DNA of 64,000 nucleotides from a virus: IMG/VR virus record IMGVR_UViG_3300023242_000004, positions 30,788 to 94,787 of that record, one strand, 5' to 3'. A model generated the notes under the pieces. The model was not told the origin of the DNA. It did no database searches and saw nothing but the letters and a program-made list of their open reading frames with translations. Both the position numbers and the translations under genes were made by a program. Shown in pieces: positions 50,101 through 59,414 of the stretch. The stretch's first letter is position 1. Every line of letters begins with the position of its first letter.

Positions 50101-51493
50101 CATTATAACTAAAACCACCTTGGTACCCCACGAATAATTGTTCTTCTGGACTTTTGAACCCAGCTTCACTAACTTTTTCTTCTCTTAGATAAGTTAAATC
50201 AGCAATGATACCATCAGTAGAACCGAATAAATTTATAGCAGCACCATTTTTACTAAAAGCATAAACCAAAGCATCAGTGATTTGTGTTTGACCTTTGTTG
50301 TTTGCAAAAGCTGGTGCGTATCCACTTCTAAATAAGGATTTAGAAGGGTCATCAGAACCTCCAGCGTTAGTTCCTATCTGATTTGTTTTAATATTTTTTA
50401 AAAGGGCCTCTATTTGACCTTTACCTGTGTTTAGAATCATAGAGTTAGCTCTTTCAATATTACCAACCCCATTATTTTCTGTTTGAAATATAGAGCCCTC
50501 TGGTTCTAAATAACTTCTAGGTATAGTAAACCCTAGTATTTTACCAGCGGTATCTAATATTCTACCCCCAACACTAGATGGTATAGTAATTTTGTAGCTT
50601 GGTCTTAAACCAACCAAACCATCACCTTTTATAAGGCTAAGTATATTGTTTTGTACATTTAACGAACCTAGTATTTCTTGTTGAACATTAAAAGCAGCGT
50701 TATTAGCTAACGCCAAAGCCAATTGTTGTCCACCTATGTTTCCTAGCTTAGTATCTGTTATAATACCTGTAGCGCCTAATATTCTACCAGCTAAGGAACT
50801 TCTAATATCAAAATTAGGTACCACACCACCTTTACTTAAACCTAATCCTTGACCAGTTATAACACTACCGATAATGTTTGCAGCTTGAATAGCACCACTA
50901 CCACCTAAATTTAAGCTCCCATAAGTGTCTAAATAACCAGAAACTTGTCGAGATATATCTAAAGGGTTTAAATTGATGAAATCAGCCATATCTATTTGTT
51001 TAGTAACATCTAGATATAAATTTTTTATCACATTTTTCTTTCTGAATTGTGCATCAGTAGTTTTACCAATCAATCCGTAATCATTTACTTCTTGATTAGC
51101 TGTAGTTGGGTAATCTTGAGTACCTTGTGGCCAAATACTATTTGGAAAATTAACGTTAGGTATTGCATTAATATAATACATACTAGTTAAATCATTTGCA
51201 GTTGAGGCACCGTTTTGAAATGTGTTTATGCTGATGTTTATATCCTTGAATAAAATACCGTTTGTTTCCAAAGGCAAATATAATGGAATAACATTACTAC
51301 CGTTGTTGATAAGTGTGTCTAAGACTGGCTCACCAATCTTGGGACTACCATTCAATGAAGTTGATATCTGTGGATAAGTTGGTAATAGATTTAAGTTCAA
51401 TAAAAAATCCCTAACACCATAGTTAGTTGCAACATCTGTAATAGTATTTTTAGTTGTTGGTGTAGGGGTTGAAGTATTATAAAAAATTGGCAT
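47159..51493 (-). CDS. Tail tube initiator/baseplate protein (gp48/gp54-like) with an inserted OmpA-like domain
   Basis: FSENSSVSWEANNFIGRGESVYTYNNTERS and PVCILRIGDFY flank VYF...ITGYAS...YNDKLAKARA...DRRA. Confidence 0.6.
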   Translation of the reverse strand: MPIFYNTSTPTPTTKNTITDVATNYGVRDFLLNLNLLPTYPQISTSLNGSPKIGEPVLDTLINNGSNVIPLYLPLETNGILFKDINISINTFQNGASTANDLTSMYYINAIPNVNFPNSIWPQGTQDYPTTANQEVNDYGLIGKTTDAQFRKKNVIKNLYLDVTKQIDMADFINLNPLDISRQVSGYLDTYGSLNLGGSGAIQAANIIGSVITGQGLGLSKGGVVPNFDIRSSLAGRILGATGIITDTKLGNIGGQQLALALANNAAFNVQQEILGSLNVQNNILSLIKGDGLVGLRPSYKITIPSSVGGRILDTAGKILGFTIPRSYLEPEGSIFQTENNGVGNIERANSMILNTGKGQIEALLKNIKTNQIGTNAGGSDDPSKSLFRSGYAPAFANNKGQTQITDALVYAFSKNGAAINLFGSTDGIIADLTYLREEKVSEAGFKSPEEQLFVGYQGGFSYNDRKISDIGFSWGTEMGGLVNSNSSGYEYAQINIEDVNKKSLLSKTQKLFNSKGMRNIVTNKGDIGKKSSQIETVNGNGISKGNAVLKKELFDLSTGRYSGGTYSAEDTYCRSWTTLDRYDTVSKMVRSHGLWDSNNVPYRLNTENSVLGEYGFPKIAPYANATSDTKKFMFSIENLAWSDEHENLPECEVGPGDLLSGKKGRIMWFPPYDIQFSENSSVSWEANNFIGRGESVYTYNNTERSGNLSFKIVVDHPSYVNSFRGAFGPDDNYVNSFWAGCIDPNSEMGKKLTVSERSVSTPDDLTIPVKKNPTAEKPPGPLSVYFPNDNAEIYKPYENGLIPSTTTPIDYLINKNGAGEGLGSYKANFTPGNHNNSLLSDGEGWPDRYNYGLNYSQSGTSRSPETKTTIVGADDFELRGYFDPNTDVFIIKHLTEICPHCVATITGYASEQGSLEYNDKLAKARAEKIKEDIKQKWWPSIKAALPKLIESDFDKRFKIGETKQLTGTGCKPCPPNVTNENRDILCPTDTLECKQDRRATINFEYSSQMAEDEMATPPPIIKKRTKTINTTITNRFYTECNYFEQLTDNDPFVFDSFREKIRYFHPAFHSTTPEGLNSRLTFLLQCTRQGKTNEGQGANNLAFGRAPVCILRIGDFYNTKIIIDNVSIDYEPLVWDLNPEGVGVQPMIANVSMAFKFIGGSTLMGPLNKLQNALSFNYFANSQVYDPRADYISIEKPLIKDKDGKDLANSPTGYYLRNLIDESPYNGDVKKYIEGGTATNETITDNTPEIDQEKANEIAISSSPDNAPSTETTIDDKAVIGCFGYDGCFAFDQTDPTSVSLNLRLNWNATKDIQNPALNKTYEAFIYIINDKKGKRLVGLIKIRPNSADTLVYSVYGFGSGQITPSSIPSQPKTSTVIGFVGQQDKNKILLHTDVDIDDDDELTKFIIDAWNGNGGSIEIVWQVEWGGKIYANFTHLNVLTNN

Positions 51494-51571
51494 AGTTATT
51501 TATTTATATATAAATACTACACTACTAAAAATTTTGATAAAATAAATACTTAGACTAAAAGAAGGTAAAAT

Positions 51572-51596
51572 AAAAAAAGACACAATGCGTGTCTTT
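51572..51596 (-). terminator. Rho-independent terminator
   Basis: AAAGACAC-gcatt-GTGTCTTTTTTT on the minus strand. Confidence 0.75.
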
Positions 51597-51710
51597 AATT
51601 AATTTATATTATAATTAAATATATAATAATTTATAATAATATATAATAATATATATATATATAATACTTTTTATTTATACAAAAATACGGTTTTTTAACC
51701 ACAAAGTCAA
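51597..51710 (-). promoter_or_regulatory. Host-type promoter firing into a nearly pure-AT tract
   Basis: TTGAC (51709-51705)...TATTTTTG (51687-51680); tataataat repeats and a (ta)n run in 51597-51666. Confidence 0.5.
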
Positions 51711-51765
51711 GTCATTGTAACATTAATTTTAATAAAAAACATAATTTGTTGATAATCAATGATAA

Positions 51766-54369
51766 TTAGCCTTTATTTTTACCACCATTTCTATTCTTTT
51801 CGAGTTCAACTTGAATAATTCTGGTTATATCTCTTTTGAAAGAAGCATCTTTTAATAAGTCTACAACTTCTCCAGGATTATTTCCTGGACTTTTTAATAA
51901 TATTTCACCGTTTATGTTTATGTTACCAAATGAATGTGTAACAATATTACTACCTTGTGATTTAGAGGTTTTATCAATAGCACCACTAGGTTTCATCGCC
52001 AACAAATCATCTTTATTATCAATTGGTGTTATTTTACCACCTTGTATTACACCTCTACCCTTAGAAAAATCAGAACCTAACATATTACCAGACGAACTAG
52101 CAATAGAACCTAACATACCAGATAGAGGCGAACTACTCATTCCACCTATTATGCCATCATGTAATGGTCTGGTCATTCTATCTTCATCACCATATATTGC
52201 ATCACCACCAGCTTCACCTAAAGAACCACCAGCAAATCCTCCTAAAGCAGCACCAATAAGACCACCAATAATTGTCCCAACAACAGGAAAAGCAGAACCA
52301 ATAGCTGCACCAGCAGCAGCACCACCCCATGCACCTAAACCAGCACCAGCAGCCTTAGCGGTAGTTCTTCCAGTATTTTCACCTTTATCCATACCTTTTT
52401 CAGCGTTTTCACTCCATTCATCCCATGCAGCTAACCCACCAGCTAAAATACCAGCACCAACACCACCAAAACTTTTAAGTCCACCTTTAAAATTACCCGC
52501 CATACCTTTACTTGTTTTTGCGGCAGCACCTGTTATTTTTTGATTAAATATTTTTTTACCAAATTTATCTAAAACACTTTCAACACCATCTGTTGGGTCA
52601 CTATCACCACCACCAATACTAGCTGCCATATTAAACCCTTTAGCCAATGCAATACCGTTAAGTAACCATTTAGCCACATCGAAGAACATACCACCAAATT
52701 TAGCGGCACCATAAATCATTGCTGACATAATAGGGTTATCAATAATAAACCCACCAATAGCTGAAATTACCCCACCAACAGATTCGGCAAGTTTCTCAAT
52801 TTTTTCACCCCAACCACCTTTAACTGTGAATTTATCACTTAAGTCCCTTAATTTAGGGATAAGTTTTTCATTCATTGTTTTAACCAATGGTAACATAAAT
52901 ACTTTTAATTCATTTATTAAATAAGTTATTTGTTCATCAAAAGTTATAGATTGTTCAGCTCTTTTTTTCATAGTAGCTTGTTCCGTGATTCTGCTTTTTA
53001 TAGCTTCTCTATCAGCACTAGTTAACTGACTTAATAACTTTGGTGTCCCACCAATTTCAACTTCAATTCTAGCATTACCGTTTTCATCAAGTTTAGCTGT
53101 ATTGGCTAAAAATTCTTTTTCATCCTCATTCATGGTAAAACTTACTTGACCTTTAATTTTCGTAAATTTAGCTGCATTTTTTCCAGCTGTAGCTAGTTCA
53201 TCGTAAGATATACCAGTTTGTTCCGCAATAACTCTAAGTCTGCTCATTTCCAGTGAACCCAATTCAAATTCTTTAGTCTTTGTGTTAAATGTAGCAGAAG
53301 AAGCAGCGGCATTTGCTATTTCTTCAGTCAAACCAGCCATATCATTTCTAGCCATAAACATTAAACGAAAAGGGTCAGCTAATTTAGACCATTCACCACC
53401 CATAACCTGTAATTGAGCTGACATATCAACTGCACCCTCTATGTTAAATAATTTTTCAGCAAAACCAGCTGCGAATTCCATATTTACACCTAATTTAGTT
53501 ACAAGAGAAGCCATTTTAGTTAAACCTTTTACACCATCTTTGAAGTTGTAACGATTAAGCATTTTTGTGTTATTGGCTATGTTTTTCATAATCTTGGTTG
53601 CGTTGATACCCATAGCACTAGCATCATTCAATGTTTGTTCAACATACGCAGCAGTTCTTTCAGCCGATAAACCTTGATTTTCCATTTCAGCCGACATCTT
53701 AGCCGCACCTTCGGCACCTAAACCAGTAACCACAGCCATTTGGCCCATAGCAACCAAACCTTCTTTACTTAAAGTAACTGCTCTACCTAATTCTTCACTA
53801 TAAGCTGATTGCATTTGAGACAATTCCTTGACACCTATACCAATCATAGCGGTTTCTTTAGCTGCATTGACTATTGTAGTTCTAAAAGAATCACTTTGTT
53901 TAGATAAAACACCCATGGATAAAGCAGATTTTTTAATCTCCTTCTCCATTTCAAATAAACCTGAACCTTTAATTTTGCCGTATGCCGACTGAATCATTCC
54001 AGGTAAATTAACAAAAGCTTTACCTAAACCTTTTGCTGCCTCACCCATTAATTTAGCACCAAGCAAAGATTTTTTATTAACGGAAGATAAAGCCCCACCC
54101 ATTATCCTACTTTGTTTTTCAAGTTCGTCTGTTTGGTCTTGTAATATTTTAAGTTTTATAGATGCTAAATCTTTTTCCTTTTGGGTACCAACAGTTGTTA
54201 ATCTTTGTAACTCAATTTCACGCTGTTTGTTTTTATTAATCTCCTTTAAAGTTCTCTTATATTCATCCATTCCACTCATATAAGCTTCAATGGATTGACC
54301 AATTTCTTGTTGTATTTTAGCTTGTTTGGTAAGCTCTTCGGTAAGTTGTTTAATCTCTGCTGGACTCAT
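51766..54369 (-). CDS. Tape measure protein
   Basis: Ala/Gly/Met-rich helical protein with a Gly-zipper C-terminus, located downstream of tube and chaperones. Confidence 0.8.
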   Translation of the reverse strand: MSPAEIKQLTEELTKQAKIQQEIGQSIEAYMSGMDEYKRTLKEINKNKQREIELQRLTTVGTQKEKDLASIKLKILQDQTDELEKQSRIMGGALSSVNKKSLLGAKLMGEAAKGLGKAFVNLPGMIQSAYGKIKGSGLFEMEKEIKKSALSMGVLSKQSDSFRTTIVNAAKETAMIGIGVKELSQMQSAYSEELGRAVTLSKEGLVAMGQMAVVTGLGAEGAAKMSAEMENQGLSAERTAAYVEQTLNDASAMGINATKIMKNIANNTKMLNRYNFKDGVKGLTKMASLVTKLGVNMEFAAGFAEKLFNIEGAVDMSAQLQVMGGEWSKLADPFRLMFMARNDMAGLTEEIANAAASSATFNTKTKEFELGSLEMSRLRVIAEQTGISYDELATAGKNAAKFTKIKGQVSFTMNEDEKEFLANTAKLDENGNARIEVEIGGTPKLLSQLTSADREAIKSRITEQATMKKRAEQSITFDEQITYLINELKVFMLPLVKTMNEKLIPKLRDLSDKFTVKGGWGEKIEKLAESVGGVISAIGGFIIDNPIMSAMIYGAAKFGGMFFDVAKWLLNGIALAKGFNMAASIGGGDSDPTDGVESVLDKFGKKIFNQKITGAAAKTSKGMAGNFKGGLKSFGGVGAGILAGGLAAWDEWSENAEKGMDKGENTGRTTAKAAGAGLGAWGGAAAGAAIGSAFPVVGTIIGGLIGAALGGFAGGSLGEAGGDAIYGDEDRMTRPLHDGIIGGMSSSPLSGMLGSIASSSGNMLGSDFSKGRGVIQGGKITPIDNKDDLLAMKPSGAIDKTSKSQGSNIVTHSFGNININGEILLKSPGNNPGEVVDLLKDASFKRDITRIIQVELEKNRNGGKNKG

Positions 54370-54371
54370 AA

Positions 54372-55835
54372 TTATTTAATATTTTCTTTTTTTGGAATCT
54401 TATATCCATCTGAATTTAAAAACTCTAATTCGGTAGTTATTGGTTTACTAACAGCGGTAAAAATATTACTACTAGTTAATCTACCTATTATTAACCTACA
54501 TTCTTTTATATTTTCAGTTTCGGTTTTCCCGTCAACAATAACCCTTAAAATATAATTTGGGTCTTGAGGTAAGTTAACGTCCAAAACCAACCCAGTTTCT
54601 CTTTTATCGGCAGAAGTTTTAATTTCTGTTGGTTTTAATGTTTGTAATTTAAATTCTTTACGACCTTCTTTTTGTAGGTTGTAACTAATCGTTGTTGGTT
54701 TTAAAGGGTTAAATTCTACAATATCACCTTTTTTATTGCTAAAACCTTCACCAATCTGTTCAATTATTTGTTTGTACTCATAGTTTTTAACTATATTTAA
54801 AACGGTAATTATACCATTTCCTGGACTTTTTTTACCTTTTAATTCAGCCACGAATGATTGCCAAAATGTTGGTTGTGAATAAAAAGCTTTTTGCATCATT
54901 GGGTCCGAAATAATTTTTTCAAAAGCTTCTTTAGCGTCCAATTTTAATTCTTCTTCTTTGTTGTTAGCTTCTTCACTATTTTCCATGTCATTATCAGTTT
55001 TATCTTCACATGATTTTGTAATAGCAACACCTTGACCACCTATAACCCAAACTTCAGATTCTTTATCACTAGTTATCACTTTAAATTTTATACTAAAAGT
55101 TTTACCGTTGTCTGGTGTTTTTACTATGTTTTTGTTCGCTTCGTAAATAGATGTTTCATCATCATTGGGGTTACTTTTAATATCTAAAACAAAAGTTTGC
55201 CATTTATTTAGTTCTGGTATTGATTTATTTTCCATGATTTCTAAATCAAAAATACCCCCCGTCTTTTTATTACAGCAAAAAATAACTTCAGCGTTATTTA
55301 AAATCAATTTCAATCCTTTACCTTCAGCTAATTGTTCTAAGATTATGGTTAAATTATTGTTTATATCTGTAATAAAATCACTAGACTCAGTAGTGTCAGT
55401 ATTTCCTTTTTTTTGTTGTTTAGCAGCATTAGGGGAAACTGGGTCGACTCTATCAATTACTTTACCATCTCTAATAACTTGAATATCCGTAATGTCTTTA
55501 ACTGTAATGTTTGCCCATTTTTTTTGGTCATCTAATTTATCGGCTTCTTTTGTTTTATGTACTCTTCTTAATTCCAAATCATCACCATCTAAAGACGTAT
55601 AAACCATAAAATAACGATAATTAATATTAGCGGAACCTTTATCAATGTTGTCCATGGTAATTTGACCAGAAGTATTATTAATAACTTTAAAGTTATTTTT
55701 GCTACCTTTCCATGTAATAGATATCACATCCCCATTTTTAATACTAGATTTAGTCATAGTATCAAAAGGTGTTTCAACCATTAGATTAATTAACCTATTG
55801 TATTGTGTTTCTGTTATTTTTATTTTTTTATTCAT
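54372..55835 (-). CDS. Hypothetical protein with KIKITExQY leader
   Basis: 487-aa ORF preceded by TATTTATA (55859-55852). Confidence 0.6.
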   Translation of the reverse strand: MNKKIKITETQYNRLINLMVETPFDTMTKSSIKNGDVISITWKGSKNNFKVINNTSGQITMDNIDKGSANINYRYFMVYTSLDGDDLELRRVHKTKEADKLDDQKKWANITVKDITDIQVIRDGKVIDRVDPVSPNAAKQQKKGNTDTTESSDFITDINNNLTIILEQLAEGKGLKLILNNAEVIFCCNKKTGGIFDLEIMENKSIPELNKWQTFVLDIKSNPNDDETSIYEANKNIVKTPDNGKTFSIKFKVITSDKESEVWVIGGQGVAITKSCEDKTDNDMENSEEANNKEEELKLDAKEAFEKIISDPMMQKAFYSQPTFWQSFVAELKGKKSPGNGIITVLNIVKNYEYKQIIEQIGEGFSNKKGDIVEFNPLKPTTISYNLQKEGRKEFKLQTLKPTEIKTSADKRETGLVLDVNLPQDPNYILRVIVDGKTETENIKECRLIIGRLTSSNIFTAVSKPITTELEFLNSDGYKIPKKENIK

Positions 55836-55870
55836 TATTTTACTGTTTGTTTATAAATATCTTATAAAAC

Positions 55871-55898
55871 AAAATACCCACTAAAAAGCGGGTATTTT
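55871..55898. terminator. Terminator-like hairpin
   Basis: AAAATACCC...GGGTATTTT. Confidence 0.65.
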
Positions 55899-55899
55899 A

Positions 55900-56185
55900 T
55901 TATGTTAATGGTATATCTCCATTTTTCATTCTATTTTTAAGACCTTCACCACTAACCTTTGTTGTTCGGTTACCTTTGGTGCCTTTTGTTTTTTGTTGTT
56001 CTTTCATTTTTTCTACTTGTTCTTCTTTATCCCTATTTTCTTTAGTTAACAACCCTAAAAAGAATCGTCTTTCATAAGTAGGCATAGATAGAACATCATT
56101 ATAACTCATACCTTTTAAATATTGTGTACAAATATATATTTCTTCTAATAATGGTATTTTATACTCTGTAGTTAGGCCAAAAAAA
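55900..56185 (-). CDS. gp51-like tail/baseplate assembly protein; probably a frameshift extension of the upstream chaperone
   Basis: LLEEIY...SYNDVLSMPTYERRFFL; no ATG before the conserved region. Confidence 0.65.
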
Positions 56186-57508
56186 CTGGATGTTAAGTGG
56201 AAGAAAGGTGGCAATAGACCCACCTCCAGGGGTCGCAATCTTAATATTTAAGTCGATACCACTCTCTAATTCCTCAATATAATTATCTAAAGCTTTTGCG
56301 TCTGAGATTCTCATAATGTTAGCAAATTCTCTAATCATATTTCTATCTCTAGAACCATTAACTTCTTTAATCATTCTTTCAAACTTATATGTTGTTAGGT
56401 TGTTTACTGGAATTCCTTTTTCTTTTTCATCAGTGATTGTTTTTTCCAAATCATCTATTTCACCACATGTCAATAACTTAAATTTAAGATTTACCTTCAT
56501 TATCGGTAAATCGAAAGAATACAAACCATCCTCATCTGGGTCAATCGCACATTCTTTTGTTTTTAAATCATTCAAGTTAACCTCCGTATCAAAAGGAATA
56601 CTGTTTTCATCTAACAACGTTACTGGGTACATCTCACCGTAACCAGTTGCTCGCAACCAAATCATGATTGCGTTTCTATCTCCTGGTAAAAGGTCTTTAT
56701 AACGCAATTCTGGGTCTAGTATTTTTCTATTGATTAAAATTTCTAAAAATTCACCACTTTGTAATAAGTTAGGGCTAGTAAGAATGTTTTCATCGGCTGT
56801 TGTCATGTATGCTAATTTAACATTGGCTTTTTTATTTCTATAAGTCTTACCTTTAGAAGGTAATGGAATCACATCAAATGGTGCGTTGTAATTAGGTTGA
56901 CTTAGCTCTAAAATATAAGGGTCGATATTAGAAGGGTTCTGACCAAAATTTTGGTTTAAATTTACTGGTGGAACACTAGGTGGTGTTGGTGGGATATAAT
57001 AACCTTTATTGTTATTATCATTAGTATAGTTATTAGCTGTACTTTGTGTATTTTCATTCATTTGAGGTGTTGGATTATATAAACCAGTGTTTGTTTCTGG
57101 GTTTTTATTTTCTCTAGCAGAAGCTTGATTAGCTTGCTGTTGATATTTTTGAATATTTTCATTGTTTATTCTTAACTGCTCATCACGAAGTCTCATTTGT
57201 TCTTCATTTTTTTCACGAGCCGCTTCAGCGTAAACACTAGCAGCAGTCTTCTCAGCCAATGAATGGTCTTGAACAACACCACTTTCTTGTTGTTGTTGTA
57301 ATTGGTTAAAAGTTCTTTGTCGCATCATCTCAACAGCGCTTATATGACCATAAGGTGTGTCATCTGGTGCCATAGCTGTACCGTATACTTCATTAGTGAC
57401 CAAAGCTTTTTCTGTTTCATACGCTTCTAATTTAGCTTTTTCAGTAGCAGCGGCATTCATTTGTTCCTTACTAGGAATAACGTTTGGTTTTAGGGTTTTT
57501 TCGCTCAT
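56159..57508 (-). CDS. gp26-like baseplate hub/tail assembly chaperone with a low-complexity N-terminal extension
   Basis: IPLPSKGKTY, YMTTADENILTS, GDRNAIMIWLRATGYG, FFWP end. Confidence 0.75.
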   Translation of the reverse strand: MSEKTLKPNVIPSKEQMNAAATEKAKLEAYETEKALVTNEVYGTAMAPDDTPYGHISAVEMMRQRTFNQLQQQQESGVVQDHSLAEKTAASVYAEAAREKNEEQMRLRDEQLRINNENIQKYQQQANQASARENKNPETNTGLYNPTPQMNENTQSTANNYTNDNNNKGYYIPPTPPSVPPVNLNQNFGQNPSNIDPYILELSQPNYNAPFDVIPLPSKGKTYRNKKANVKLAYMTTADENILTSPNLLQSGEFLEILINRKILDPELRYKDLLPGDRNAIMIWLRATGYGEMYPVTLLDENSIPFDTEVNLNDLKTKECAIDPDEDGLYSFDLPIMKVNLKFKLLTCGEIDDLEKTITDEKEKGIPVNNLTTYKFERMIKEVNGSRDRNMIREFANIMRISDAKALDNYIEELESGIDLNIKIATPGGGSIATFLPLNIQFFWPNYRV

Positions 57509-57613
57509 TATTTATATTTTTATGTTTTTATGTTTTTATATTTACTAGTATATATTAATAAACGTAAAAAGTAAATCTTAAATAAAAAAATAAATCAAAT
57601 TATTTGGGTAAAT

Positions 57614-57637
57614 AAAAAAACCACCGTGTGGTGGTTT
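57614..57637 (-). terminator. Rho-independent terminator
   Basis: AAACCACC-acac-GGTGGTTTTTTT. Confidence 0.8.
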
Positions 57638-57644
57638 CTCTATG

Positions 57645-58427
57645 CTATTTGTTATATTTCAACATGTCAATTACTTTATCTACTGAATCTTTATCCATCA
57701 ATTCAATGTCGTCATTTGAATCAATGTAATAAACATTTGAAGGGTCATACTTAATAAAAAGAGTTTTATCGTTGTATTCATCTTCACTTTTAGGTCTCAT
57801 AAATATCAAGTCATATTTTCCAAAATTATTAGTATATTTTAATGTTTCAAAAAAATATCTACCATTTGTTGTTTCAACACTTTGTCCTTTATAATTATTA
57901 TTAAATTCTATTTTAAATTTTTCATTAGCTTGTTGGTTTCTATTTTTATAATCACCACCCTTTTGTTTGTCCCCTAAAAAATCTATCCACGGATAATCAC
58001 CAGTATTATTTAGTTCTGTAGAATAATCTGATAAACCATCTTCGTTTAATTCAGAATCAACACCATTATTCCCCATCATAGTACCTAATTGTTGAATATG
58101 TGATTGATAAATTTTAATTATCGTATCTAAAACCTCATTATTACTATAATAAGGTTTCTCCATAGCATATAGTTTACTAGTATACTCACTTTTTATGGCA
58201 CTAATATCTTTACCAGCGTCTTGTTGTGCTTGAACCCACTCATCAGAACCATACATTCTATCTATTGGCGCTTCTTCTGATACTGGTCTGTGCATACTAT
58301 CAACACCAATTGGCGTACCGTCAGCATTATGGAATGATTCCTTAACCAAACCCTTAGACTCTAAATATCTTTGCTCTGATAATAAGTTAACTTTTTTAAA
58401 GTTGTTCTTTTTGTCTATTTTTCTCAT
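57645..58427 (-). CDS. Hypothetical protein
   Basis: 260-aa ORF. Confidence 0.65.
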   Translation of the reverse strand: MRKIDKKNNFKKVNLLSEQRYLESKGLVKESFHNADGTPIGVDSMHRPVSEEAPIDRMYGSDEWVQAQQDAGKDISAIKSEYTSKLYAMEKPYYSNNEVLDTIIKIYQSHIQQLGTMMGNNGVDSELNEDGLSDYSTELNNTGDYPWIDFLGDKQKGGDYKNRNQQANEKFKIEFNNNYKGQSVETTNGRYFFETLKYTNNFGKYDLIFMRPKSEDEYNDKTLFIKYDPSNVYYIDSNDDIELMDKDSVDKVIDMLKYNK

Positions 58428-58456
58428 ATTTTATATTTTTAAACTCATTTAATCTT

Positions 58457-58543
58457 TTATTTTATACCATGCTTTTGACTTCTGTGTTACCTAACTGAAT
58501 CTAACGTTTCGAAATCTCTATCACATTCTTTACAAACTACCAT
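58457..58543 (-). pseudogene. C2H2 zinc-finger gene relic (probable endonuclease N-terminus)
   Basis: MVVCKECDRDFETLDSVR*HRSQKHGIK* with an in-frame TAA at 58489-58487. Confidence 0.55.
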
Positions 58544-58634
58544 AAAATAAATATTTTTTTAATTTATTTGTTATTTTTAACAAAAACTAAAGAAATATTT
58601 ACAAGTCAAGTTTTGGTAAAGCTATTTTAATAAA

Positions 58635-59123
58635 TTAAAATAATAAAATTGCTCTATCGAATCTAAGAGTTGCTGTAATCTCAGCGATACCATCATCGTC
58701 CATTGATAAGGCACCAAATCCAACGTTAGTTAACATTGTACCATCTAATAACCATTTTTCGACAACAACACCCGTTGGGTCAAGCATCTCTAGTTCAACT
58801 GGGCGTTTGTAACCAGCAGCATAACCTTGACGACCTGTTATTGATTCAGAATGAAGACGTACCCACTCCATGATTGCTTGTGTAGCAGATGGACCGATTG
58901 GGTCACGGAACGTTACATCGATTGCTTCCCAAGTAAATCTACCGATTACCCACGTAGATGTGTTAAGAAACGGGATTTCAACTTCGTTTTGTGTAATTGA
59001 AGGTCTAGAAGCAGACGCTAACCACCATTGTTGGATACCTAAATCTGCTGGGAATGTAATTAACCAACGATTCTTTTTCTTAGGTTCGTATGGTAAGGGC
59101 ATTTTCATCAATAAATCAGCCAT
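58635..59123 (-). CDS. Tail tube protein (gp19-like)
   Basis: YEPKKKNRW, GRFTWEAIDVTFRDPI, MEW, YKR, LDPTGVVVEKW; follows sheath. Confidence 0.92.
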   Translation of the reverse strand: MADLLMKMPLPYEPKKKNRWLITFPADLGIQQWWLASASRPSITQNEVEIPFLNTSTWVIGRFTWEAIDVTFRDPIGPSATQAIMEWVRLHSESITGRQGYAAGYKRPVELEMLDPTGVVVEKWLLDGTMLTNVGFGALSMDDDGIAEITATLRFDRAILLF

Positions 59124-59282
59124 GTTTTTTGTTTTTAATTTTATTTGTTCTTATTTAATAAAAAATATAATAAGAATTATTTTTGTTATTTTTTTATCCT
59201 TACCTATAAATATAATGGTTTTTAAAAATATACTAGGAAATATTAAAAAAAAATCGTGTATTTGTTCTTTAATATAAATATC

Positions 59283-59414
59283 ATGAAAGAAATTAAAATT
59301 ACTAAAAAACAATTATTAAAAAAATATAATAACTTTGTTGATAATATTTTAAATGATTGTAACTGGAAAACTAGTTTTACTGGAGAAATAATTTACGAAT
59401 TACTTACCACCTAG
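59283..59414 (+). CDS. Small hypothetical protein (43 aa)
   Basis: MKEIKITKKQLLKKYNNFVDNILNDCNWKTSFTGEIIYELLTT; below the ORF-track cutoff. Confidence 0.4.
   Translation: MKEIKITKKQLLKKYNNFVDNILNDCNWKTSFTGEIIYELLTT

Noticed and set aside
51836-52543. 235-aa plus-strand ORF
   Set aside because: Antisense shadow of the Gly/Ala-rich tape measure region. The same applies to most short plus-strand ORFs in the track (e.g. 8121, 34013, 39034, 55165, 56316, 58870).
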